From Atractiella rhizophila (lineage: Eukaryota), in the NCBI GenBank assembly GCA_021432655.1, contig MU271533.1, positions 1 through 48,923 of the forward strand: a stretch of DNA of 48,923 bases, written 5' to 3'. Below the pieces are notes generated by a model that was given only the letters and a program-made list of their open reading frames with translations, was not told the origin of the DNA and did no database searches. A program made the position numbers and the translations under genes. Below, in pieces: positions 34,964 through 47,989 of this stretch (its first letter is position 1; each line of letters begins with the position of its first letter).

Positions 34964-35621
34964 AGTGTAGAATGGAACGATATTGATATCACGTAGCATC
35001 CAACTGCCTTGCAAGTCCATCAATCAAGGGTGAATCTACTGATCTCCAACTCCTGGTTGTCCAAAAACAGGACATCTAAAATTAATGACGGATGAAGCAG
35101 AACCGGCTGTTCCTTTCACGCCGAGAGTATATTCAGAGCATCCAACTCCTTAAGGCAGTACTCAGCACTAAATGCTCAACAGTCAACTCTCAACCATCAT
35201 CCTAAGTAGAATCCCCCCCAAAGAAATATACGCACCTTGAATCTCTTGTCCCCAATATAAGATCAGTGCGTACCAAATAAATACAGGTTCCCTCTTTCTT
35301 CTCTTCATTGCCATGCCGTCGTAAAATTAACGCGCATTAACACGCATTGTTCGGTTTGCTCCCGTTCATGTACGTTCATACATTCACAATTCAAATATTC
35401 TAAAGCTAATTTGGTTGTGACAAAACAGCGCAAGATGAGCCGAGACGATGAGCGCCTTTGAGAAGTATATCGCTGTGGAGGGATACATATCAGTCCGACA
35501 TGAGAAAGCATCTTTACACGAGGACAAAAGTGATTGCCATCCGGTGTTCCTGCAAAGACAAAAGGAACGTTGGCGGAGTAGAGATACCAAACAGCTTGTA
35601 ACCATCAGCTGTGAATTGAAG

Positions 35622-37415
35622 CTAGCCTTGAAACTCTTCGCCTCCAATTGGTGGCCATTCTGCTCTGAACTCTCCTCCCAAATAGTCGACCATTCCAACA
35701 CTACGATAGATCCATACTTCGCCCTGTTGCATTCCAGATAAGTTGTAAGTTTGGCGTTTAGGAGCCTTTCCAAGGCTCTGTTCTATCACTTCCAGCGAAC
35801 CAAAGGAAGTCGGCAGAAGCGTGTCACCATCGTTTGGAGGAGATCCCGATGACAAGGTGGGCGAAGAAGTGGAAACAACAATCGCGGTATGCTTCCAGAA
35901 TTTTAATTTTCAGCTGTCAGAAGAACGGAAAAGAGAAGCAGATGAATGCGTACGTCAGGATTTCCTAATGAGAACGTGGTGAATCCATCCTTAATGGTCA
36001 CTCTTCGCCACTCGACAATGTCACCACGTCTCACAACACCATCTCCGCCGCGCCATCGTCCAACCGTACCTTCTCCGCCAACACGGCCATAGTAGATCCG
36101 ATGGCCATGACAACGTCCTGTGGAATAGGCAGGCTCAGGCATGTCCGGATACGACTTCTGAATGTCCCGGATGGCTTCATTGGCCATATCCCAACATTCT
36201 CCTCTGCCGACAGGGCGTCCTTCAGCCTCAGCACGCTCCGCAAACTGGGCAATTATCTCTCCAAAACTCTCTGCCCATCCAGCTAGCAATTCACCGTCCC
36301 ACGGTTCAGGTATGGGGCGATAAAGGCCTTCCTTCGAAGCAATGACTCCAGTCCGTGTATCGAAGGCGACGCGATACGTGATTCTAGAGCAATCTTCGAA
36401 GATAGCCGCACCAAGAACTTCCTTGCTCGTTCCTCTATGGGACCACGAAGCCGTCCACATCATGTCTTGCCGATTAACAAGAATCGGAGGGAGTGGGTTG
36501 TCGGATTGATACCAGTTTTCCGACGGGGACCAAGCTGAGGAAAAGTACTCGGAGACTGTACGAGCTGAGCAAGTATGTGGATCTTCAGGGGGGAGTTCCA
36601 CCGTCTGGGTGGTGGACAGTGCCGGAGTGGAGGACTGCGACGGTCGTGCCCAGAGCACGGGAGGTGGCTGTCAAACGTTATATTGAGCATCACAGCGTAC
36701 AAGTCGAGATGATATGAACCACGCACAGCGTCGTCGTGAGCAACCTCGCGTTCTGCTGGTGCTTCTTCTTTCTTTCCCCACCTACTCTGCAGTGAAGAAG
36801 CGATACCCGACGCCTTCTCTGTCAATCCTGCAGGGATCTTGGATGTCAGTGAGCTCTTCGGTCCATTGGAATTTGACGGAATAAGTTGTGAAGAGGCGGC
36901 AGTTTGGGATTGTGCTGGCGCAGAATCGGACCGAATGAGGGTGTAACCACGAGAGTTGAAGAACTGACACATTTTTGAGCAAGCTTCAGGAGAACTTGAA
37001 AGAATTGTCTCACCTCGTCGAGGAGCGAAAATAAGCCTTGCTTCTCTTCCACAGACAGATTCCGAAAATCGATCTTTCCTTGCCCTGTCTGCGGCTGGTA
37101 GGAGGAAGTGGAAGCGAGTGGAGTGGTTGGTCTGAATGCTGCTCTCGGTGCAGCTGGTGGCGGAGGCGGTTCTTCAGTTGATTGGACTGTGTTCGTCGAG
37201 GCAGGAGGAGGAATGGCAGCCTTCCGTGTCGGAGGTGGAGGCGCTGGCTTCTTTCCAATAGGTGGCGCATCGGGAGAGTGGACGGATGTAGGTCTACCAT
37301 AGGATGTGTCGCCTGAGTGAGGGGAAGTGTGACGATCTTTCCACGCGTTTGCTTTCTGCGCTCCGGAAGAGGCAGCATTCTGAGCCGCCGCTCGTAGTTC
37401 TGCAAATGTTGGCAT
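35622..37415 (-). CDS. Proline-rich protein with a C-terminal BBC1/AIM3-type cysteine-proteinase-fold (CHAP/NlpC-like) domain; spliced
   Basis: N-terminal PPPPP tracts; C-terminal VGRGECWDMA, RRGDIVEW, LGNPD|HTAIVV, LEVIEQS, GEVWIYR. Confidence 0.75.
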
Positions 37416-39050
37416 TGTGTATTAACCGGGATTTACCTGCAAAGGTTGATGTCAGTGACTATGATCATGGATCCGATTTAGGCACGTTCATTCTTTTGGC
37501 ATATGCACCGTGAAGCAAAAAAAAAAAGAATAGAATGTCGTGAATTCGTTCATTAGTATGCAAACGAAAGGGATGATGTTCTATAGCTGGTTCTATAGCA
37601 ATAGAGAACGGGTGAGAGCGACGAGAAACCTTGCCCTCATTTCACGTGACAAGGGACAGCTCGCACTCCCCACCAGCAACCGGTAACCGGTCAGTCTTCA
37701 TCCAACAGCACCAGATGGTCCCATATCTCTTTGCTGCACAATTGAAGCAAAAAGTTTAATCGAGACAGATCAAGGTGTACCAAGTATCAAAATGCTTGCG
37801 CTTTGTCAGAGGCCGAGCAGTGGCGGAACCACTACCATCCGTTGAAGGAGGCACAATTCTATCTGATCATCTCATTATACTGTCATAGATGCGCAAACAA
37901 CGATAGCGAAACACCCATAGTACTCGGTCAATTAATGTAACAACCTGTGATCCCGTCTTTCAACTTCGAGATTGAGGAGCATCTTAAATCGCAAATCGAA
38001 CGAAATAAGGTAGTCAGGATACACACCGTAGCGAGATGACTTTGATCCAAGGTTTCCCCTTATCCTTATTCTCTGTGTTGCACTACTGTCTTCGTCGTCT
38101 GTAGTTTCGTGTCGTTGTTCAAGTTGATCGATGATCTGTGGCTGATCTGTGCAAATTCCGAACGCCGGATTAGGTAGTTCCGTCGTCATTCTCAAAGGCT
38201 GCAGGCAACGCTTCCCGCTCAGTCCTCAAGGCCTCAGGCCTCAGGCTCCATGCCAGGCTTAAGCGCTTCAGGCAAATTCTGGCACTGCGTGTTGCTACTT
38301 CATGGGCCACATCAGTTAGGGTAGGAGCACAGGTACATCATAGAGACTCCTTTCTAAGCAATACCATACGGCCAACTTCATGTTGAATGATACACATCGA
38401 TGGACGTGGAGCCCAAAAACAACTACCCTCCAAGTCACCCAATAAAGAAACCACAAATTTGAGGAGGAAGGAAGGGAGAAGGATGAATGGGAACATGTAA
38501 AGGTCAGGGTTATTTATCACATATTTGATATCGATACGAAATGAGAACTGATTTCCGAGCGTTTGAAGGTAACTATGTAGTTGAAGAATTGAAGGTATTG
38601 ATGAAGACGAATGGAAGATGAAACATGGTTGACATATTGAATAAGGGTAAAGAAACCGGATATTCCTTATAACAAACATTGATACTGATTCCAAATCCAA
38701 CAATCCACAAGAGAAATTTGACTTACACACTCTCCACCGCTTCCTCCTCTTCGAGATTCGGATAAGCAACGATAGATAACGATAGTCTATTGCTGATGGT
38801 CCGGATTCGCAATCACCAACGCCATCTGGACAACGTCCGCTCCCAACCCTGGACTGCCTTCAAAGCTTCCATCCTCGACCTTCTCTCCAAAGCCCTCAGG
38901 CGGTGTACCGAGGGCCACGCTGGGTGGTCTACTTCCCAAAGCGATGTCCATGGCTAACCTCTCCGGGGTCATCGGCGTCGGTGTGCCTCTCAAGCTCCCT
39001 CTGCCGCCTTCCAATCCGTCAACGTCGATTCGTCTCCTTTTCGCTCCTCG

Positions 39051-39094
<44 letters not shown>

Positions 39095-40793
39095 GTGACG
39101 ATCTTTCCACGCGTTTGCTTTCTGCGCTCCGGAAGAGGCAGCATTCTGAGCCGCCGCTCGTAGTTCTGCAAATGTTGGCATTGTGTATTAACCGGGATTT
39201 ACCTGCAAAGGTTGATGTCAGTGACTATGATCATGGATCCGATTTAGGCACGTTCATTCTTTTGGCATATGCACCGTGAAGCAAAAAAAAAAGAATAGAA
39301 TGTCGTGAATTCGTTCATTAGTATGCAAACGAAAGGGATGATGTTCTATAGCTGGTTCTATAGCAATAGAGAACGGGTGAGAGCGACGAGAAACCTTGGC
39401 CTCATTTCACGTGACAAGGGACAGCTCGCACTCCTCACCTTTAAGCGGTCACCGGTCAGTCTTCATCCAACAGCACCAGATGGTCCCATATCTCTTTGCT
39501 GCACAATTGAAGCAAAAAGTTTAATCGAGACAGATCAAGGTGTACCAAGTATCAAAATGCTTGGGCTTTGTCAGAGGCCGAGCAGTGGCGGAACCACTAC
39601 CATCCGTTGAAGGAGGCACAATTCTATCTGATCATCTCATTATACTGTCATAGATGCGCAAACAACGATAGCGAAACACCCATAGTACTCGGTCAATTAA
39701 AGTAACAACCTGTGATCCCGTCTTTCACCTTCAAGATTGAGGAGCATCTTAAATCGCAAATCGAACGAAATAAGGTAGTCAGGATACACACCGTAGCGAA
39801 ATGACTTTGATCCAACGTTTCCCTTTATCCTTATTCTCTGTGTTGCACTACTCTGTAGTTTCGGTTTCGTGTCGTTGTTCCAAGTTGATCTGTGGCTGAT
39901 CTGTGCAAATTCCGAACGCCGGATTAGGTAGTTCCGTCGTCATTCTCGCTGCAGGCAACGCTTCCCGCTCAGTCCTCAGGCCTCAGGGCCTCAGGCTCCA
40001 TGCTAGGCTTAAGCACTTCAAGCAAATTCTGGCACTGCGTGTTGCTACTTCATGGGCCACATCAGTTAGGGTAGGAGCACAGGTACATCATAGAGACACC
40101 TTTCTAAGCAATACCATGCGGCCAACTTCATGTTGAATGATACACATCGATGGACATTGAGCCCAAAAACAACTACCCTCCAAGTCACCCAATAAAGAAA
40201 CCACAAATTTGAGGAGGAAGGAAGGGAGAAGGATGAATGGGAACATGTAATGGTCAGGGTTATTTATCACATATTTGATATCGATACGAAATGAGAACCG
40301 ATTTCCGAGCGCTTGAAGGTAACTATGTAGTTGAAGAATTGAAGGTATTGATGAAGACGAATGGAAGATGAAACATGGTTGACATATTGAATAAGGTAAA
40401 GAAACCGGATATTCCTTATAACAAACATTGATACTGATTCCAAATCCAACAATCCACAAGAGAAATTTGGCTTTACACTCTCCACCGCTTCCTCCTCTTC
40501 GAGATTCGGATAAGCAACGATGGGTAAGCTTATTGCTGATGGTCCGGATTCGCAATCACCAACGCCATCTGGACGACGTCCGCTCCTAACCCCGGACTGC
40601 CTTCAAAGCTTCCATCCTCGACCTTCTCTCCAAAACCCTCAGGCGGAGTACCGAGGGCCACGCTGGGTGGTCTACTTCCCAAAGCGATGTCCATGGCTAA
40701 CCTCTCCGGGGTCATCGGCGTCGGTGTGCCTCTCAAGCTCCCTCTGCCGCCTTCCAATCCGTCAACGTCGATTCGTCTCCTTTTCGCTCCTCG
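37325..40793. repeat. Direct tandem duplication: copy 1 at 37325-39050, copy 2 at 39091-40793, joined by A42 (39051-39092)
   Basis: The two ~1.7 kb copies align end to end with only scattered SNPs and small indels. Each carries the 5' end of the AIM3-like gene and the 3' end of the Rua1-like gene. Confidence 0.97.
38787..39181 (-). pseudogene. Chimeric junction fragment: duplicated first ~30 codons of the AIM3-like gene, poly-T, then duplicated last ~87 codons of the Rua1-like gene
   Basis: MPTFAELR..KDRHT followed by the A42 run, then RGAKRRRIDVDG..NPDHQQ* in a different frame. Confidence 0.7.
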
Positions 40794-42571
40794 TTCCTCG
40801 CTCCCATCCCTCACTCCCATCAGCTCTCCTACACCACCACCACCACCTCCTCCTAATGCGACCCCGACTCCGTTTTCAACGGCATCGCGCTCCGCCTCCC
40901 GCTTCAGCGTCCGTCCCCACTTGACGCCTTTCACCTTGAGCGTGTCCCTATTCGTCATCCGCACAAACTTGTCCACCGGCGTGCCGTCCTCGTTGAAGGC
41001 GTTAACGGCATGTACGGCGTCGACTATGAAGGTGTTAGGTGTCTCGCCTGCCAGACGCGAGACCGCATGTTGGGCGAGGACGGTTCGGGCGCCGTGAATG
41101 TCAGATAGGCGAAGGACGTGACATTCCGTCGCGTGCTATCCAATACAAACGGTCAGTATCCCGCTAGAGACTCGTGATGGGAAGGGGAAACGGACTCGGT
41201 ACCAGGTCTTGTATGCCTTGGGCAGGAAGTTCTCTGGTGCGTGAGGGGAGAGGTTCGCCATCTGCCCTTGTCCTTCTTGGTTGATTGATGGACGCTGTCG
41301 TTTCAGCGTGCAGGTATCGACGAGCTCGATCTCTTTCTTGCACTATTCACACTACCGCCTCAGTATGGACAACACGAGACAGGTCATCGAGAACCGACCT
41401 GATGGCACATAGCCATATATTTCGTTCCTCTCTCCTTCTTCCTGCTCCTCACTGGTATGCTCTCCACCTCCCTAATCTACTCACCACATTTGTTAGCGCA
41501 TGAAGAGAGACAGAGGGAGGGAGGATGGCGTACAGTCACCGGACAACTGTAACCCCCACCGTCAATCGTGCTTATCCCATGCTTCTCAATCATATGTGCT
41601 CGATACTTGGACGTAGGAAGGCCGTGCCAAACAACCTTTGATTCTCCTCCCCGCTCCGGTGGTTCCTACCATACGAACGTACGCACCCAGGTCAGCATCA
41701 GCTGACGTGAAGGATGAAGAGTCGACAGGGTGACGCACGAAACAAATCGGACATAGGCCCATCTTCTCCCTGCCTCTTCCTTTAGTGATCCTCGGCGTAT
41801 ACAGGCTATTCCTCGGCGAAGGGTCTTTGTGACAAATTTGTTCGCAGGGTACCAAGTCCTGCCCTGGCACCATGGCTGCAGAAGGAGATGCAGGTGTAGA
41901 ACTACCGTTGGCGGAATGGTTGAGGTGTGCATGGGCGGGCATGGGCACACAATGACATGTCGTTGCGCCGGCGCAAGGAGAGGCGGGAAAGGCGAGCTTA
42001 GCAGCTTGATCATTGGGGGTGTAGAATGCACGGTAGAAAGCAGCTATTGGGAGCACGTTAGCACAAGTCTACATTCTGAGAAGTAAAAAAGGCGAGATGA
42101 AGAGAACGCACGGAAAAGAGCGTGCATGACCACCTCTTGTCCTGGATCCCTCCTCGCGCTTCCATCTGGAGCCAAATGGAAACCGGGCGCAAGACCTCCT
42201 GCCCCCATATACCCTCCCGTCCCTGAACCTCCCTCAGGGGCAGCGAGAGGTAAGGGTTCGACGGAGAGACATGCGTCTGCGAGGTCGGCCAGAGAATGGG
42301 TGGTGGCGACAGAGGTTTCGCGAACGTTTTGTGCGATGGGAGAGGGTGGTTGTTGTTGCGTCGGTTGTTGATGTGGTGGAAGTGGAAGCGCGAGAGAGGT
42401 GGTCGGTAGAGAGAGGGGGGACGTTGGAAGAGCGAGAGTGGTAGATGGGTGAGACGGTAGGGAAAGAGAGAGACCGGCACCTGGTCCTGAGAGGAGAGGA
42501 TGGATTGGGCTGGACATGTTGTTCTGTTGGTGCTGTGAGGGGGCAGAGATGGGGAGCGATAGCGAAGTCAT
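40530..42571 (-). CDS. Rua1-like transcription regulator (Rua1 C-terminal/DUF4451 domain); spliced
   Basis: Low-complexity N-terminus, then LYTPRITKGRGREKMGLCPIC, SKYRAHMIEKHGIS, MCHQ|CKKEI, KTWYR|HATECH. Confidence 0.85.
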
Positions 42572-43695
42572 TTTTGTTTACCCTTCGTGAGTGCAAATTG
42601 ATTCTGTAAATACGATCGAATACGATAGAAGTTCAGTCGTCGCGATTGGAAGGATGTTGGAAGATTGCGAAGATGGGAGCACGGTTGTGATTATTTATTC
42701 GCCGTGTGCCAGTGGCAGGAAGGGACAAGGAGCGCGCTCCGATCTTCCAAGGTGCAAGGCGACTTGCTTCCTCCTTCCGCAGGGCAAACGGTACTTAGAA
42801 TGCGCGTTTGTTGTGAGAGCAAATGGCGAAAGAACAAAGGGCGTTCGATCTGCGTCTGCCACCCATCGCCCAATCAGTCCTGGTCACATTTCAGGGCCTT
42901 TCAAAGGGAGATTTCCGTACCCTTTGTGCTTCTTGTTTGAGTGTGATGGTGGTCCCTGCTCAGAATCCCGGCAGACTGGATTTTGGGATACTGGAAAGGG
43001 ATGCGAGGCGAATGATGGAGGATGCGATGGGGAAAGATGCGAGGTCCTTGTTTTTATAATGCGGCGGATGTGCAACAAGGTTAGCGTGCATCGTTAAGGT
43101 TTATGCCCACGCGTAAACCTGGATTTGTTTGCTCGCTTGTCACTTTCAATATCACCATCATCAATCACATTAATAACTCTGCCCATGTCATGTTCTAGTG
43201 AAACGATAACTTCTTGAAATCCTGAGTTAAGGTCTGAGTCTAGGCAAGCACTGTTATTATGACATCTCGGTATATAAATTGGACTGAATCCTTTTTTCCA
43301 TCGATTGCAGCTTCCTTCACCTTGTCCCCCGCGCCACATCTCCTCAGTAGACAGCTTAATTAGCTGTATCACCTATAAATATGTAAAGAGAATCACATTT
43401 TTTCAACTGTTTTTCGAGAGAGCTTGGAGAGGAACTGCTCTATCTTGCATTCCTTCCTTCTCCCTTGCTTCGTCTGTAGACCGCATGATTCGTTGACGTA
43501 GAATGCTCTATAGACTATACTTTCACAGAGACATTTATCAAAGGGACGATCTCTGTACAGTTGCAGGTAGCGGAGGGAAACACTATGTTGATGACGGGAA
43601 GATCCGACCTGTGAGGCAGCTGTTGAGGTTTCCACGCTGAGATTTAGACAAATACCATGCATGGATAGAAGTACACATAAGCAACGATACACAGG

Positions 43696-46211
43696 TCATG
43701 CCATCCTGCCTTTGTCATCCAAATTTTCGACATCCCCATCCTTCTCACTCAAATCACTAACGCTGCTAATCGGCGAGCCTGGAGCTTTTTCCAATCGATC
43801 GTCCTGTTGAACCGAATCGATGGTGTGAGCGCCTTGCGAATCAAACTTGTAACCTGAACAAGAAAGTCTTCAGCATCGTTGCAAGGCAGAGAAAAGAAAG
43901 GTGAGAACACATACTTTGGAAGTGACGAGCTCCGACTCTCTCTTGGAAGAGAACGTCGAGTTGTTCGAGAGTGAGATTCTTCGTTTCGGGCAACCAGAAG
44001 ATTATGAAGATGAAGGAGATGATACAGCTTCCTCCCCATATGTACGTAACCTTCGCTCCCCAATTCAACGACTGCTCACAGAAATGAGCTCTCTTCATTA
44101 TAAAAAATAAAGCACTGACCTGAGGGTTGATGAAATATGGCGTGGTGAAGACCTGTTCAAAGCCTGAGCTTCGGGAGACATCCATCAAAGAGCAGAATAT
44201 TTACTGTGAGCCATGCAAAGAAGAAACCGACTGAATAAAACTTTAGCATATAACCACTGTTACACAGCGGAGACACGTACTAGCCATGCCCACTCCAAAC
44301 GTGTATGATCTGAGTCTATTGGAAGACATCTCTCCAGCGGCGACCCACTGCATCCATCATCAGAAAGAGCAGCTGAAGGTCACGGGATTACTGACAGCAG
44401 TGGGACCAACTAGAGTGGACAAAGTCAAACGTCAAGACCGATCAGGGCGACTACACGAGACTTACTCGAGTAAGAGTATCCGAATTGGAAAAGACACAGG
44501 ACTGTTGAAGCGACCGTTACGTTGAATAACGAGAAAAGGAATTCAGTCTTACATGCAACCATCCCTCGACCTGAAGCCTGGGAATCAGGAGCGACCGTGT
44601 ACCTGTTACGATGGGATGTTTCAGTGAAAAAGTGCCAGTTCAAGAAGTAACACTGACAAGATGCCACAAACAAACATGGAGACACCACAGATCGCGAATC
44701 CAGAAGAGAGCAGGCTTTTGCGTCCGAACCATTTTGCAAAGGGGATGCCAGCCAACGCTCCAGCCGTTCCAACGCACTTCAGGATGATTGAGTCAACGAA
44801 CGGATTCGAAGTGCCTTTGTAAACGATCAGAAGTGTGCCTGCAAAGTGCGAGGAGGTATATACCAGCAATCTACAAGGACTTTAGCCACAAAGGGTAAGA
44901 ATAGGCAAAGAGAGTACGAACGACAAAGAAAACCGTAGCGTAGCCGACAAGAAAGTTGACTCCCGAGGAAGCATGGAACGTAGTGCAAGCAATGGTGAGC
45001 AAGGTTCGGCGCTGCCATACACGTCAGTTCAATCCTCCATGACGGGAACCGTCTACAAGATCTGTGCCCCGGAACATTTCTCGCCAATCACTCGTAGCAG
45101 CGAGTCGTCTTTCCGCCTCAATGGCGCGATTGATGGTGGCGAGTTCTTCGGCTACTGAGATGTCGTCCACAGGTTTAGCCCTCAAACGCGCAAGCGCTTT
45201 CAGAGCATCCTCTGAACGATTTTGTGTTGCGAGCCAACGGGGGGACTCTTTGGTATGTTTTTAGCATGAATTCCTCGCTCTAAATTGACGGACCTGGAAT
45301 GAACCTAAACCAACCAATCAGAAGACATAGGAAGGATTGGAAAAGGTCAGAAACTGACCAAACGTAGAAACAGAGCCACACAGGAACGATGAAGAGGACG
45401 CCTTTCCACCTGGATGAGCAAAGGACGACGTCGAGATAAGCAACGCTACCTAATTGTATTTGATAAGACTCTCTGCCTAGATGTGTCTTGAGAGCATTGT
45501 TGATGACGGCCCCAACAACACCTCCTACGCTGACAAATGGTTGGAAAGTTGACACGATCGCTCCACGGAGAGCAGGAGGGGAGGCTTCGCTCATGTAAAG
45601 GACTACAAGATTGGTATACATTCCATTTCCAATGCCTGAATTCATTCGTCAACATCGCTGTTAATCTCACGATAAAGAGAATTGTACCAAGGAGCAGTCG
45701 TCCAACATAGATCGGTCGAATGTCAGTTACTACGATCTGGATGACGATGCCAACACAGGAAAGAACGCTAGCCACGAAAACTCCAGCTCGTCGACCCCAG
45801 AATCGTGAGAAAGGGCCGGTAATACATGACGCTACGATGAGACCAAGCTGAAGCAGTGAAGTGATGAGTTGCTGTCGATCCGTAGGTATAATGTAGAATC
45901 CAGGTTTAGTCTTGCTCTCCACGCCAAAGACTCTCAGAAATCCTTGCATCGCTTGAAATCTATGGTGGCAAACGTTAACTTCCATGCATAATGGCGGAAC
46001 ACAGATTGGCGTACCCGTTAATAATACCAGTATCGAGGCCATATTGGAAAGTCGAAGTCTGTCCCATTCCATTCCTCTTAATTGGTATGAATGAAGTGAC
46101 GAGGCAAGAGCTCACAGCAAGTAATATACAGATGATCACACACTTTCTGCTCTCCCACATCGTCACCTTCTTGACCGGAGCATTTCCAGATGTTGTCGCT
46201 ACTCCTACCAT
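43696..46211 (-). CDS. MFS sugar porter (hexose/alpha-glucoside-type); many exons
   Basis: FQYGLDTGIING, QQLITSLLQLG, FWGRR, YVGRLLLG, YMSEASPPALRG, PESPRW, FGRK, WGAKV, LPETKNLTLEQLDVLF. Confidence 0.93.
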
Positions 46212-46396
46212 CCCGAAGGTTCCTATCCAGGGTCGTAATCACAAAAAGCTCGTTGGCTGGAACGCGACACGAAACTTTGCTCCGACTTTTGAAGGGGTCA
46301 TCTTTTAAGATGTCGCGTTTCGGCCGTGAATGAATGCAGGAATGATGCGCAAGAAGAGAAGAGGAGAAAGCAAACTTGCAATCGTGCCAAGCCTCG

Positions 46397-46436
46397 AAAT
46401 GGCGGGGTGATTTGATTTCTTCCCCGCGATTTTTAT
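46397..46436. promoter_or_regulatory. Inverted pair of CreA/Mig1-type SYGGRG sites upstream of the sugar transporter
   Basis: GCGGGG at 46402-46407 (+) and CCCCGC at 46422-46427, which reads ATAAAAATC-GCGGGG on the minus strand; ~200 bp upstream of the ATG at 46211. Confidence 0.45.
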
Positions 46437-47914
46437 CGTTCGGCACCAACGGTCGGCACCATGTCTGTGCGCAAGGAATTGCGAAGGAGGGATCAGCGCT
46501 TGAAAAGATCCGAAAGCCAGAGGTTGTAAAGGATCCATACAAGGAGCCAAGCAGAGGGACAGGAAGGACGGATGCATGGATGATGCTGGGAAAGCGTGTA
46601 ATTAAACTTCCAGAATTTCGGATTTTGTCCCTTGGATAGGATAAACATTGTTGTTTTACGTTATTATCATATGTCCTCTCACCTGCGCCAGTTCAGTGAC
46701 ATGTCTGAAATATAGAGATAAATTTTCTCCATGTACATGTCCTTTGAATGTGACAGTAATTTCTGTTCCTAGCTACAACAAAGTTTGTCCGTATCGTGTC
46801 AAACCAAGATATTAATCAATTTATGAGTACTTGTGAATTGGTTATATGTTTGGAACCTCATGAAAAATATCTACCGTGCAATATTAATGCACAGAACGTG
46901 GAGTTATAAACTACCTGTGGGCAGGCGACTACGTTCGTTTCCATCAAATCAATTGATGCGGAGCGTTGCGAAAGAAAGGAGTCTGCGGCTAAAGTGCCAA
47001 TTTCAAGGCGTCAAAGTGAACATTCCGACATCTTGTCATGTACCCTTCCTCTTATTCAACCTCAGGGCTAACTATGAGCTGCCAGTCCATTCTACTTGAT
47101 GGACAGACTGAAGGATATCTGTATTTTTTACCCTTGCCTACTCGGGTATACATTATCTCGGAAGGAGTGTTGAACTCGGTGTTGTGATGTGGATTAGGGT
47201 AAATTAATCGTTGTCTGTTTGCTTCCCTCAAATGATCCAAGAGCTGTTTCAAAACTTCACTTTGGTGACGGCTTCTTGGTATGAGAAACGACATTTCTTT
47301 TGCATTTCCAAGTAGCCTTCCTACTAAATGGACGGTACAAGGTGCGTCACCATTAAGGAGCTCAACGTAAGAACGTAAAAGACTGAACTGGTAGCTCGGG
47401 ATGATGTAACTAGGCTATGCTATGACCTGAAAGAACAGATTTGTTCCTGTCCTGACGTTGCACAAAACTATGAACATTCACATGTGAATGTCGTGAACTC
47501 GGATTTCGACCAATTATTCAGTCATTGGGCAACATTTTAAGTAGGTCTCACGGTGTTAGATTTCTCGTTTGTGTTGCTACTGCTCCCCAACCTGCTTAAG
47601 CGGATGCTCACTTTGTCGGCGTGAATTTGCATTGTTACTCTCCTCGCTTCCATCTTGCTATTCTGAATTCACTCCAAGTAACACTTTTCCATCCAATTCC
47701 CATCACATCCATCCATCCTATCCAACAGTTTGGGAGCCAAGGTGTTTGGCTGTGGCAATAGGGTCAGGGGTTCGCAGCTAGTGCGACGAAGCAGAAAGGA
47801 AGAGGAAACGACCACGCTCCTTTCCTCTCGACTCTGACTTTTATCTTTCTTTCAAAGATATTCACCTGCCTGAAGGGGTCACCACGCTCATTATCTCGCA
47901 GTAATCCAGTATTC

Positions 47915-47982
47915 AATATCGACAATATCCAAATATCACCAATATCACCAATATCGACATATCAACATCAACATCAACATCA
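47915..47982 (+). repeat. Short degenerate microsatellite (aatatcacc / atcaac) in the Rax2 leader
   Basis: aatatcgac aatatccaa atatcacc aatatcacc aatatcgac atatcaacatcaacatcaacatc directly before the ATG. Confidence 0.75.
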
Positions 47983-47989
47983 CTACATC

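Noticed and set aside
37930..38770. Hydrophobic ORFs in the duplicated intergenic region (and at 40088-40555)
   Set aside because: Frames are broken differently by indels in the two copies and no family motif is present.
39051..39092. Poly-A run as a LINE/SINE or retrogene tail
   Set aside because: No target-site duplication, no element body, and the A-run is antisense to both flanking gene fragments.
43511..43641. AGACTATACTTTCA resembles the vertebrate U3 snoRNA 5' end, followed by TTGATGA and CTGA
   Set aside because: The box A GGATCATTTC is absent, the C'-to-D spacing (~50 nt) is too short for U3, and fungal U3 5' ends differ. Probably chance; an Rfam scan would settle it.
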